Part shown: positions 1-11,629 of the stretch, piece by piece
Numbering within the stretch: the first letter of the stretch is position 1
Layout: each line of letters begins with the position of its first letter
Virus record (IMG/VR): IMGVR_UViG_3300021255_002539
Location: 32,001-96,000 of that record
Direction: 5' to 3' (one strand)
DNA: 64,000 nucleotides
From: a virus
Taxonomy: Duplodnaviria; Caudoviricetes
Made by a program: the position numbers and the translations under genes
The notes under the pieces: generated by a model
The model's input: the letters and a program-made list of their open reading frames with translations, nothing else
Told to the model about the DNA's origin: nothing
Database searches by the model: none

Positions 1-3000
1 ACGACATATCTCTCGTATCTGGACTTGATGCTCCTGCCCCTGGCCACGAAATGCAAATACTTCTTGTTGTTGTATTCGCTTATGACATATTCCCCCTCGA
101 TGTCGTCGCTGTTGGCCTTTACACTGTAGGCATATACCTGTCCAGAATCGTCAGAGATTGGGGTCATCTTCAACATCCCAGGAAGGTCGAGTTCTGTGCT
201 GTTCACCCATGTTCCACTTATCACCACACCTGGTTGTATGGTTGATGTGTTGATGTTGCCTACATCCTGCTGATATGTGATGTTCGATTTCCAGTTTTCG
301 ATTGGCATCCAAACCGCGTTCAGGTAGTTTTTGGGGCCATCAATGTCCTTGAGCAATATTGCAGTTGATGGATTCAGCAACCTCTCGACGATAATTCCAT
401 CCCTTATCTCGCCCTCAATATACCTGTCAGAAATTGGATTCAACCCAAGCAAATCGCCTTGTTGGACAATATCGCTTCTGAATACTGGTCCAAGATCTGT
501 CGTCGTGGTATACCCACTTGAATCCTTTGTCTTCAACCTCAAATTGCTGGTGACTACACCATCCACGCCAATGCTGTACAACTCGACATCGCATTCAGAC
601 TCCAACTTGCCACTGTACAGAACACCATTCCCCAAAGCTTGAATGCAACCCAACAAGTGGGGGTATTTGCCCTTGAATCCATCTATGAACCTGGCAATGT
701 ACCAATCCCAGGTTTTGTTGGCGTCGAACTATATGTCGAAATTGTCGTACTCGCACCACTCCGTGGCAACCTTGTCCACTACCTCGGACTGGACGCGCCT
801 TATCACAGACACCGTGTTTCTTGCATCGTTGGAGAACTTGAACCTCAACCCAGAGTCTGTCCATTGAGACTGTCCATCTTGCGTGAAGTATTGAACCTTC
901 AACTGGTTGTCGTCCACCTTGGCATACTGGATTTCTGTTCCCCCGTCGTCCAACACGCACCACAGACCATCCAATACGAACATGTTGTCCCTGATGTCGC
1001 AGATGTACTTGTCGTCGAATGTGATGTCACTGGATATCCACAGAACCATGCCATTCTGAATCTTGTATGTGGAGCCATTCAATGTGAATTCGTTGTTCTC
1101 GTCTACCTGTACCTGTCCATCAGCATGGAACAGAACATCGTTGAATTGGTTGTAGTATACGCTCGTTACCCTATATGGAATGTCGTCTGAATACACCACA
1201 TAGTACTCCACATCCCCATACACGAACTTGCCATTCTGAATCTGAATTGGCTCATACTGCATCTGATACTCGAATGTGTTGGTTTTCTCGAAGTATTCTA
1301 TGGCATCATCCAATATCTGGTATTCCCCATACCGATCACCCAACCCAGAGGCAGTCTTGTCGACGACACCCCAATTTCCATCAACGAACACCAACTGGTG
1401 CTGTTCACCATCGTGGTTGGTGTAGAACTTGTCTGTTGTGCAATAATAGGCAGCAGACTTGGTCGTGAAGTTCTTGAAGTCGTTGGGGTCGAAGAACATC
1501 GGACGGTAGAACTGCGACCTTATGAAGTTCTTCAATACTGTTGCATCCTCTGCCCATTTGCCAAACAATTCCCCCTTAGCAGAAGTCCAATCAATGCCTA
1601 TGACCCTGTTTGTGTTCAAGTACTTGGACAATGCTGCGAATTCTGCATTGTACCCAACCTGGAACAAGGTCAAGTCGTTCTGGTGATCCTTCAGGTCGTC
1701 ATATGTGGCATAGTCCTTGAAGAATGGGGATGATTTCACCGAAGCGACCATTTCTTGCTTGGCATTGTTCGCAGACATTATCACATTCACATCGTCCCTG
1801 GACAATGTAATCAAATTCTGCTGCAAATAGGCGTCTATTCCAGGATATACACCTTCACTGTAGCCACCGAGCACCAATGCCGTTTGCACATTCTCGGTTA
1901 TGTAGCTACGTATGGCATCTATGGCGTTCGCTATTGAATCCTCGTATCCATTCAAGGCAAGGGAATTCCACTTACCAGCAGAATAGTCGTTTTCCAAATG
2001 CTCAATGAGGTAGTCCCTGAAATACCTCAACAAGGGGAATCCACCAATCAATCCATCCACCAGTTCAGTGATATAGCCAGTCTTGTAGTTGGACTCGTAT
2101 TGCCCAGATCCACCAAAGTCTGTGGCAAGGGCTGCCTTCAGTGCAGATGCCCCACCCTTAATCAACCACTCAACATCACTTGTGGAGGAGGATGAGGAAG
2201 AAGGCTACTGCGAGAAGGCGTATAATGCTTCACAATAACCCTGAAGCGTGTTCGAACTTGGGTTTTCTTCCCGTATGAACTGAACCATGGACTGGAACCT
2301 GTCGTGCACCAGATCCTGGTTCATTCCCTGGAATTGGATGTTGGGGAATGTGTGACTCAATCTATTGTTCTGGCCAAGCCACCAAATGAACCCATTTCCA
2401 TCCTGGTTGACATGGTTGTTGTAGAGGTAGTATTCGCCGAATGCTGGGAGGTTGTGATCCCCCGAATACACCACTTGCCTATATAGCCAATCAACCAACA
2501 ACCTGACCAATTCGGGGTTGGCGAACAAGAGGCTCTTGAATTGAATCAAGTCCATGCTCACCAGGACATCTATGTATGTGTCGTCAACGCCAGCATATAC
2601 GCCGAAGTTCTGAGTTCCTCCCCGGAAGTCCAATCTTTTGCCAGTACCTCCAATGATGTAGTCCCAGTACTTGACGCCATCACTGTTCTTCAACGATGTC
2701 CAATATCCAGTCAAATCGCTCTCAGTGTATGTCCACAAGTCGTCGTACTCGATGAACTTGCCTCCCCCGCTACTGCCCAATCCGATGTCGGGTCTTGTCA
2801 ACTTGGACTCGTCCTCGAAAAACGACTGGAACTGCTCTACCTCCTTTTTCCCACTGTAGGAATATGTGATGTCGTTGGTGGCGTTCACCTCTATGTCCCA
2901 AAAGCCATAGTCTGTCATGGCAATCGACACACTGTCCAATTCACGCATCTACTCAACCTTGTCGAATGCCTTGTCTACAGCTATTGTCAATCCATCTACC

Positions 3001-4010
3001 ACCACTTGGTCTATCTCAGAAAAACCATATTTGGGGTCGAATGAACTCTCGTTGAGGAAGAAGTACCTGTACTTTGGCTTGTCCGAATTGGACTTCTCCA
3101 CCGCAACGAACAGGAATGTCGTCTCGTCTGCTATGGCATGGAAACTGCAGGTCTTGAACTCCATTTCAGATATGAAGTTTGGGGATTCTGCGCCAATGTC
3201 GTACAAGACCAGGCCAGCCAATTTGCCATTCTCCTGGTATGTGCCAAAACCCAACAGACCACTGTACTCGGAGTCTGGCAAGGTGCAGCACAAGATGTAC
3301 TTGCAGTTGCATATGTGCATGCCCTGGAACGCGGAATTGTCGTAGAATGCGTTCTCGACTATGCTGTTCACCTTGAGTTTGCTTGACTTGAACCACTCGT
3401 TTGCCGAGGCAGCAAGTGGGTTTGGATCCCTCTGACCAGCATCGTCTACAGGGTAGAGTGGAACATCCGAGAATGGGTTTCTGACATCAGAACTGTCGTA
3501 GAACCTGTTCATCGAATCCACAATCTCCATGTTGCTGTACACGACATCCCCATCGTCGTCCCTGATGTTCTGAACTCCATACCACACCGAATTCAGATTC
3601 ACAAACTCGTCAATCCCCTCTGGCAAGTCGAGCTTCTCGATGTCCAGGACAAGATCCCTGGTCTTGAATGTGCCATTGTCCCCATCTATGTCCAACAGCA
3701 ATTTGGTGGAGTTTGGCAGAATTGTGTTCTCGTCCAAACCCTCGACAATCTTGAAGTAGGAATCAGCCAGGACAGTGTATTCGTGGTTGTTGATGCAGTC
3801 AACAACATACGCGATGTCAACAATGTAGTTCGACAATATTGCGTTCAATGTACTTGAACTCGATATCTGATAGTCGTGCAGAATCAAGTCGTCCAAAGTG
3901 GGCTTGAACCCGCCATTCTTGCGTCTATTGGAATCCAATATCACTGACTTGAGAATGTTGCTCTCAACCAACGCCCTCTGCCTTATGTCGTTTGAATCGT
4001 ATCTGGTCAT
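1..4010 (-). CDS. Very large putative virion protein (>1336 aa, runs off window start); TAG=Gln
   Basis: ORFs 2949-4010, 2205-2948 and 729-2165 plus an open frame to position 3 join in one frame across TAGs at 2949, 2205 and 729. Late motif at 4052-4058. Confidence 0.8.
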
Positions 4011-4051
4011 GTTCGTCTATCCCGATTTCCTTCAGTAAACCTCGTTGTTGG

Positions 4052-4083
4052 TATTTACCATTCTTGGCCCGAAATGGTAAATA
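4052..4083. promoter_or_regulatory. Divergent late/late promoter pair
   Basis: TATTTACCATT...AATGGTAAATA inverted motifs between divergent genes. Confidence 0.7.
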
Positions 4084-4091
4084 ACGATGTC

Positions 4092-4520
4092 ATGGCAGAA
4101 GAAAAAGCAGAACAACAAAAGACCAGAAGTGGCGGTGGATGCTCAGGTGGTTCAGGTGGAGCTGGAGTTGGGGAATACTCGGCGTCAGATGGTCAGTGCC
4201 ACGAAAACCCAAAGACCCCACTGTTCAAGTTGGAGATTGAGGAGAACAACCTCCCAGAGAACTGGTGGGACAAGCTCCCTGACTTCGATCCAAGAATTTA
4301 CGACGCAATAGCAATGGAACAGGCTGCCGCCTGCGTGACGTACATATTCGACGGCCTCCCAGACATCCACGAACTGGAGAACATGATTGAGTCCAGGAAG
4401 AACCCAAAGACCTGCCCCAGGTTAAAGACCCAAATTCCCAGAACCCAGGTCATAATTCCAAAAGAAGTGAAATGTGAGGTCAAGATTGATTCCTTCATCA
4501 AGAAAGATCAGACCTATTAA
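4092..4520 (+). CDS. Hypothetical late protein
   Basis: ATG 8 nt after the late motif. The ORF-track start at 4074 lies inside the motif. Ends TAA. Confidence 0.65.
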   Translation: MAEEKAEQQKTRSGGGCSGGSGGAGVGEYSASDGQCHENPKTPLFKLEIEENNLPENWWDKLPDFDPRIYDAIAMEQAAACVTYIFDGLPDIHELENMIESRKNPKTCPRLKTQIPRTQVIIPKEVKCEVKIDSFIKKDQTY

Positions 4521-6181
4521 CCGCATTGGAAGTTCATCTGCGCTTGGTTTGGAACCTTCGTCTGAACATCCTTGAACTCGTCCATCGTCACCTTCTGAAT
4601 CAACCCATCGCGTATCCTCTTCACAGCAAACGACCTGTCGTTGAATGTGACGTGTCTGGGCAAGGCCGAGAAGTCTGGAACCCTGTCTGTGAATATGCTC
4701 TGATGGTCAAACCTCTTGGTTGGGTTCTTCAAGTTGAGCCAATTGAACCAAAGCGACATTATGATTACATTCTTGCGGTGCATGTAGTCAATCTCGTTGC
4801 ACATCTTGAGGAACAACTTCTTGTTGATGGGGGCGAAGATGTGTGGCTCGTAGAAGTAAATGTGCTCTCGGTTCCCAACAAACCTGTCAAGCGTTTGAAC
4901 CAAAAGACTGTCCCATGAATTGTTTCGGCAATCCCGCTTCATTCCATCCATGAATGCCTAAGTCTGCTTGTACTCGAACACATACCTCGGGGCGAAATCC
5001 TCCCAATCGGTCCTCTTCGTCACCATTATGTCGTCAGAACAAAAAAGGAAATTGCTGGACAACTTGGGTATCTTCTCTATAGCAGTCCTTATCTTGTGTA
5101 TGATGTTCGCATCCTTGTTCGACTTCGTGATGTCAGGGGCGTAGATGTGGTGTACCCTCGGGTTCCTTATCAAGGGGTTCTCGCCAACGACATAGATGTT
5201 GTCCACCCAATGGTCGCAGAACTTCAATATTGATGTTATGGATATCTTAATCTCAAGGTTCTTGTACTTGCTCCCCTTGCCCAGAACATACACGACATCG
5301 TGGCGAATTGGCTTCTTGAGGTTGTACTGGAACAACCTCTCTGTGTCGGGGTCTATCTTTGGCCGAGATTCCCATGTCAATTGATCCAATCTGACGAACT
5401 TGGAACGGGATTTCGGAATCTGAACCACCCTCTTTTCAACACCGCCATCAACTGGCTCTTCTCTGAACAACCCAAAGCACTGTCCAATTGACTTGCCACC
5501 AGACAGATTCTTGACTATCCCAGCAACAGCATTGTCGTACCTCGGGCCAATCTCGTACTTGTAGTCGCCATGTGGCATGGTCTCAAGTGGAACGACAGAA
5601 TTGACGCGCTTCCCAACGCAATACTTCGTGCAGGGAACCAACTGGTAGCCATTGAGGTGGCAAAGATAGAGATATGTCCTGTCGTCGTTGCATGTGTCAA
5701 GGACTGGCTTCTGAACGAACTTCTCCCAATTGTCAAGCATCTTCTTCGTGAACAGCGAATAGCAGGACATAACATAGTTGTCCATGTTGATGGTTCTGGA
5801 TTGGTTCGATGTGATTGGATGCTCCCTGTTGTTGTCGTTGAAGTCCTTCATCCTCGCCTCTATGAAGTCCTTTGGGAGAAGGGCGTCGTCGTCAATGTCT
5901 ATGATGATGTCGTCGTCCTCCAAGTATGGCAGAACAGGAAACACCTTCTTCATGGACTTCGTGTTCTCCTCCACCCAATTGAGTATTACCCGATTGGATG
6001 TCATTATCAACTAATACAAGTCCTTCGGCAAATCAGCCTCCCAATTGGGGAATTCCTGATGGGACAATGTGAGGTAGATTCGGTCAGGAAGGACCGAATT
6101 ATCAAGTACAGAATTTATGACCTTGACGCAGTTCGTTATGCGCCTTGGAAACGATGTCATGCAAATGTTTATAGTGGACAT
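4517..6181 (-). CDS. Glycosyltransferase (GT-A fold) fused to Stealth-family sugar-phosphate transferase domain, 554 aa; TAG=Gln
   Basis: Three ORFs join across TAGs at 6011 and 4958. N-domain MTSFPRRI...IDIDDD. C-domain DVVYV...LEIKISITSILKFCDHWVDNIYVVGE...IPKLSSNFLFCSDD resembles Stealth CR1/CR2. Late motif at 6201 plus SD place the start at ATG 6181. Confidence 0.75.
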
Positions 6182-6218
6182 ACATATGATCCTTTGGGAG
6201 TATTTACCATTCACTTTC

Positions 6219-6977
6219 TCATTTGTCCTTGCCACGGAACTCGATGTTGAGTTTCTTCAATGGGTCGATGAGCCTGCCAAGGGGCGTGTACCTGAACTTG
6301 CGCTCCATCGCGTTCACGTCCTTCGGGAAGCACTTGCCACCATATCCCAACTTGCCATCTGGACCAGGGACTTGGGTATGGACGTCGTTGATGTATGTGG
6401 ATGCGAGGATTCCGGAGCGAACGCGCTCGTAGTCCATTCCCATCTTCTGGCAGAGGTCGTAGATGCAGTTGAAGTAAGTCACCTTCAACGCGCCAAACAC
6501 GTTGTGGGCGTACTTCACCATCTCAGCTTCCTCTGAGGTCATCTCCACGTACTTCTTGCCCACGAAAATCCTCTTGAGAATCTCGCGATGCTCTGGGGCG
6601 CCAGCGAACACCATAGGCTGCCACTTGAAGTCCTCGATGTATGTGCGCTCGGTCAAGAACTCCGGCATGTGGTAGACAATCCTGCCAGTGAGATCCGACA
6701 ACTTCTTGGATGTCCCGGGGAGAATCGTGGTTCTTATCCATATTGGACGACCCTTTGGCAAGCCATTTATGATGTCAATCAATGGCGTCAAGTCCTGTGT
6801 CCCATTGTCCTCTGTCGGGACATGTATTTGGATGAAATATGCATCGCAGTCAGACACATCGTCGTGGAAGCCCTTGTATGGGTCGGAGATGCGCAGTTCG
6901 CAGTCTGGATTGTTATTTTCCAGCCAGTTCTTCAATGCTCCACCAACGAAGCCACAGCCTATTATTCCTATTTTCAT
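6219..6977 (-). CDS. ugd: UDP-glucose/GDP-mannose dehydrogenase family protein (short phage form)
   Basis: IGIIGCGFVG Rossmann motif, VPT, RTTILPGT, PEFLTE, AEMVKYAHN and GYGGKCFPKD catalytic motif. Confidence 0.88.
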   Translation of the reverse strand: MKIGIIGCGFVGGALKNWLENNNPDCELRISDPYKGFHDDVSDCDAYFIQIHVPTEDNGTQDLTPLIDIINGLPKGRPIWIRTTILPGTSKKLSDLTGRIVYHMPEFLTERTYIEDFKWQPMVFAGAPEHREILKRIFVGKKYVEMTSEEAEMVKYAHNVFGALKVTYFNCIYDLCQKMGMDYERVRSGILASTYINDVHTQVPGPDGKLGYGGKCFPKDVNAMERKFRYTPLGRLIDPLKKLNIEFRGKDK

Positions 6978-7705
6978 AGTAAGTGCTCCTTATTATTTTC
7001 CTTAAATTCTCTTAATCTATTATTATAGTCTTCAATGCTTTTATTCTATCCTCTACTCTCAGAACCATACCAAAAATGAGATATGCACTTCCAAATATCC
7101 ACATCCTTGTATTTCACACCATTTGCTGTAATCCACAAATGAAAATACCATCCAGGGTCAGCGAAATAAGTATTTTCAAACTATTTGTTGATATTTAATG
7201 ATTGGATATTTATGCCAACACTAACATCTGATTTATGGTAGGATATTTCCCTACCATTAAATGAATCCAAGTTAAAATACATAAGCATCGGCTATATTCT
7301 CCCGCCAAACAAACAAGCATCCTTTGTAAGTAATGTCCAAGACTGGTTTACATAATTTCCAACGACTTGAAAATTAGTATCGCATATTTCAGACAAATCA
7401 CATTTTACAATGGTATCGTTTTCAACAATCAATAATTCTTCATACTCCAAATGATTTTTTATAATGTCAAGTATTTTTTGAATTGCCGGAGCATGAGACG
7501 ATATATTATATGATTTCTTGAAGTTCAATATTGTAATGTTGTCATAATTGAATTTACTATCCAGGGTAAAATCTTTGTCAGATGTTGAAACTATCCACAA
7601 GTCAAATTTATCTTGACTGTTGTATTTATACAAGCTTTGAATAAAACACTCGTTGGTTATTCTATCAGCATTAAAGGTTATTGTTGCTATTAGTCGTTTC
7701 TTCAT
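6974..7705 (-). CDS. Putative glycosyltransferase, 243 aa; TAG=Gln
   Basis: Read through TAGs at 7292, 7181 and 7046, the frame ends at a TGA overlapping the ugd ATG (ATGA). LLIVENDT DxD-like motif. Confidence 0.65.
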
Positions 7706-7720
7706 AAAATTCACTCTGGT

Positions 7721-8473
7721 TTATACACATACATTCTATGCTTTGCACTTTGTGTCGTCATTGTAGTTCCACGAAAAATCATTGAAGTGCATGAAATACA
7801 TTGATTCATCCATATTGGGAAAACATGTATTCTATATGTCTTGGTGCGTTATGGTTGCATCTCTAAACTTCTTTTTCAATGTCTCAAACTGAGATTTGAC
7901 AACATCATTGTCAAAATGCCTATCATAGATTGAAAATATGAATTTCCTCTTTGACGTCCAGTAGATGTTTGACCACGCCTCCTGGCACTGCAACTTGCAT
8001 AGACTGTCAAATGAAAACATGTTCGTGTCAAAACCAATGGCGCACTTGTCTGACGATTTATTGTCCATGTGCATTATGCCAATCATGTCATTGTCCAGTA
8101 TCTCATCGGAAAACGACTTTATTGGATATGTGTCGCAGTCAATGTAGATTCCACCAACCATTGAAACCAGATACACCTTGAATCTCTCCAGGATTTCCAT
8201 AATGTTCTTTACGGTTTTCCCTTGAACACCCTTGTATATCTTATCGTTAGAATTCACCTTATAATGGTGTATTGCATGCCACAATGCCTTGTCCTATGGG
8301 TTTTCCACATTTTCAAGTTCTTCTCTGGAAAGGGATTCAATCTTATCCTTTGTGTACAGAACCCTGTTTATTTCATAAGAAGGATTCATTTCCCCATATG
8401 CAGTGAGGACATGTTCGTAATAATCAGGAACATTGTCCCCAAGCCATATAAAATGCAGACTTTTGTCAATCAT
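7721..8473 (-). CDS. GT32/OCH1-like DxD glycosyltransferase, 250 aa; TAG=Gln
   Basis: MIDKSLHFIWLG, GGIYIDCD and C-terminal YFMHFNDFSW. SD AAGGAGG. TAGs at 8294, 7832 and 7736. Confidence 0.8.
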
Positions 8474-8495
8474 GTGAAACTTACCTCCTTCATTT

Positions 8496-10634
8496 TCATT
8501 TTTCTATTTTTGATTTCAGCATTGCCTTCAAATCATCCAATACTGGGCTGTCTTTGCATTTGGAAATCACCCCAAGAAACAGTTCAAAGGACTTTTCCCT
8601 CTTCTTGTTGTCCGTGGTAGTCATTATGGAGTTTGAATGCACAGTCCTCATATAGCATTGTTCCTGAATCTACATGCACCTTTTGGCGCAGTTGAACACC
8701 ATTGGGGTGAACACAACATCCTCGTGGATTGCATTTTCAACGAAGGAAATGCAGTTCTCTCTCAGCATGTGCCTTTTCATCACAGAACAACAAGCAGATT
8801 CAATATATGACTTGTTCTTCTTCAGTTTGAAGTACAATGTATTGCCATCCAGAACCTTATCAACATATTGATTTATGTCCCCCTTCAATGAATAATACCG
8901 CTCATATCCCTTGGCAGTAGTATCATCCTCCTACTGATTTACCACTTTGAAGGTGAAACGAAGAAAATCCAGGTCGTTCTTCTAGCAAAGAGACATCCAC
9001 TTGTGTACCACAAACTTGTTTGCAAGGTAATCGTCAACATCAAGGAATTGCACATAATCCCCGGTGGCGTTCTTCAAACCAATGTTTCTTGGATTTGAGC
9101 AACATCCGCTGTTTTTGGCAGTCTTGAACACTTTTATGTTGGAATACCTCTCTGAATATTCCTTCAGAATTTTATTCGAGTTGTCCGTGGAGCAGTCGTC
9201 AACGCATATGATTTCAATGTTGTCGTAAATCTAATTGAGCACTGAACCAAGGCATCTGTCAATGTACTTCTCAGCATTATACACAGGTATGATGATTGAT
9301 AGCTTCAAACTTCTATTCGCCTATGTCGAATTGGAATATGTTGCCACCATATCGTGCAATACTCGCACTATGACATGCTTGGGCTAATTGGAGAATTTGT
9401 ATGTGTTCTTTTGTATCTATTCATAAAACCCATTGTAGTCAATAAGTCCCTTCATCAACTCATTTGCGTTCTCTTTCTTGTTCTTGACAAGATGCAAATT
9501 GCATAATACCTTGAACATTGGATTTGAAAAGTCGAGCCAAGCGAGAAGTCCGTTTTCGTCGTCGTAAATGTACTTGTTCATCCACGGATAGAACACAGAA
9601 ACCATAAAGTCCCTTTGACCATATGATCTATTTGCCATATCTCCATGGAAAAAATGGCATACATCAACATAGTTTGCTCCCATTAGGCTCTTGTTGGAAC
9701 TTTTGCTCAATCTTCTCATTACATAGTGAACATATTTGCGTTTACATAGTTTAGGCAACCATATGGCCGTGTTCTCAATGTCAGTAAGTTCAGTCCAAAA
9801 TAGGATATCACCTCCACCAAGTGGAAGGAAATTGAAATAATCTATGTACTAAAGAGTATTTTTCTCTATGCAAAACACACCACCTGGAGCGCATGTGTTC
9901 AATATTCGATCAATACTACAATTGGACAATTGGGACGAAAATGATTTTTTGTGGCGTTTTGTCTCCTTGTCGTTTTCATCCAAATACACTATGTCGTTAA
10001 ACCCCTGTGTGAACAAACACTTGTCCAAGGCATCGTAGACTTGCTTGAACCAGTCCTTATCCTCCAATGGGGAAATGTCGGAGTCCACGAACATCAATTT
10101 CTCGTACCTGGCACGTTTAGCTGCTATATTCCACAAATGCTCCTTTTGGAACAAGTACTTGTGGGAGTCATTGCCATCTATCCTTATATATTGAATCTAC
10201 TTTGGAAAGTCCTCCTTGGAAAATGTGAATACCCCATTGAATCCAAGCTCAATGAACATCATTTCCTTTGGTAGATGCGATTGCTTCATCCAGCAATTCA
10301 CTGCCTTTTTAGTGGCGACTTTCCTCAACTCATTTATGCCAGCATCGTAGAATACAGAAACCATCGTCATGTCCAGATAATCGTGTTGCTTGGGGTCAAA
10401 ATCAACCAAGTCAAACTCTCTGTTCCATGTCATCTTGACTTGTGGCTTGGACATCACAAATTGGATAAAGGATTCGGGCAAATCAATCATTCTATTGGGA
10501 AACAATGCTGTGGGCATCTTAACATACACCAACTCAGGCTTGTTGGTGTTGGTCATCAACTCGTCTATATCCTTTATCAAAGAATCAACATCCTATTTGT
10601 ACTCCAACTGGACAACATTCTTTCTACCATCCAT
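8496..10634 (-). CDS. Two-domain glycosyltransferase (GT-A-like plus canonical GT2), 712 aa; TAG=Gln
   Basis: Ten TAGs (10593, 10197, 9849, 9417, 9384, 9321, 9231, 8982, 8931, 8670). C-domain KLSIIIPVYNAEKYIDRCLGSVLN*IYDNIEIICVDDCSTDNS...RNIGLKNATGDYVQFLDVDD...HEDV. N-domain FQKEHLWN...FVDSD. SD AAGGAGA and late motif at 10663. Confidence 0.88.
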
Positions 10635-10702
10635 TTATGATAAATCTCCTTCATTCAAAGGGTATTTACCATTTCCAATCCAATTGCAATTGCACACCAA
10701 AA

Positions 10703-11629
10703 TTACTTACGGGAACTTATTTCCATCAACATCTTGGAATACTCCACTACACCATAATCATTCAAATGCCTGCAATCGCACATCCATTCTGCCGGTGGAA
10801 CAAACGATTTTATTTCATTGTGTTTCTGAGACAATTCCCTGCAAGTCTTAGTCAAAACACTATCTACAACCAAGAACTTGAAATTTGGTTTTGCCAAGAT
10901 ATCCTTTACAGCATCATATTCCCCATAATGAACATGCTCCAAATCCATGGTAACTATCGTCTTGTCCTCGTTTTGCTACGAGGAAAGTTCTCGCATCATT
11001 GGAAGATGGTGATATGAATGATGACCGCTTACTCCAAGCGTGGCAACATTGACACCGTACTGCCGATACATGTATTGGGAAAGTCCCATATGGTTTACAT
11101 TATTGCAGGTTTGGGCGACACTTGAACCGAGTATGACAATTGATGGTGGCACATAGTCGTACTATATCGGTTGATCAGATTCAATTTCCATCTTCTTGAC
11201 AAGTCCATCTGGAGGAAGACATATTTGAAACTTATCGTACTTGTTTAAGTTCCATATCTTCGCCTAAATCCATGTCTTGTCAGATTGGCAATCAAGAGGG
11301 GAATAACCGTTGAGTTCGCTCAACAAATCCCACCTATTGTCCTGACTGGAATATCCCAGGACGGTGCATTCCACCTTCTGACGCTTGGATATTCGATAGA
11401 AGTCATCTGAAAAATGACAAGTATACCTTAAACTCCATGACTTTGATTTAGTGCGAATGACTATAAACAAACCACATCCATATCTAAGAATCTTGTCTAT
11501 ATGCGTGTTTCCACTATTGCCATCATATCTATAGAAATTGCTTGATTGTTTCAACCTTCCCCAAAGGAATTTCACATCCACATTTGTTTTCATATTTACC
11601 CCCACATAGTCATCCATGCATAAATTCAT
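10703..11629 (-). CDS. SGNH/GDSL-like hydrolase (possible O-acetyl esterase), about 308 aa; TAG=Gln
   Basis: ORFs join across TAGs at 11264, 11162 and 10976. IVILGSSVAQ, NVATLGVSG and DCRHLNDYG blocks. Start uncertain (11629, 11617 or 11593). Confidence 0.65.

Noticed and set aside
9231-9233. TAG as pyrrolysine or another residue
   Set aside because: TAG occupies the conserved Gln of SVLNQ and lies in poly-Gln runs, and no pyl genes were seen.
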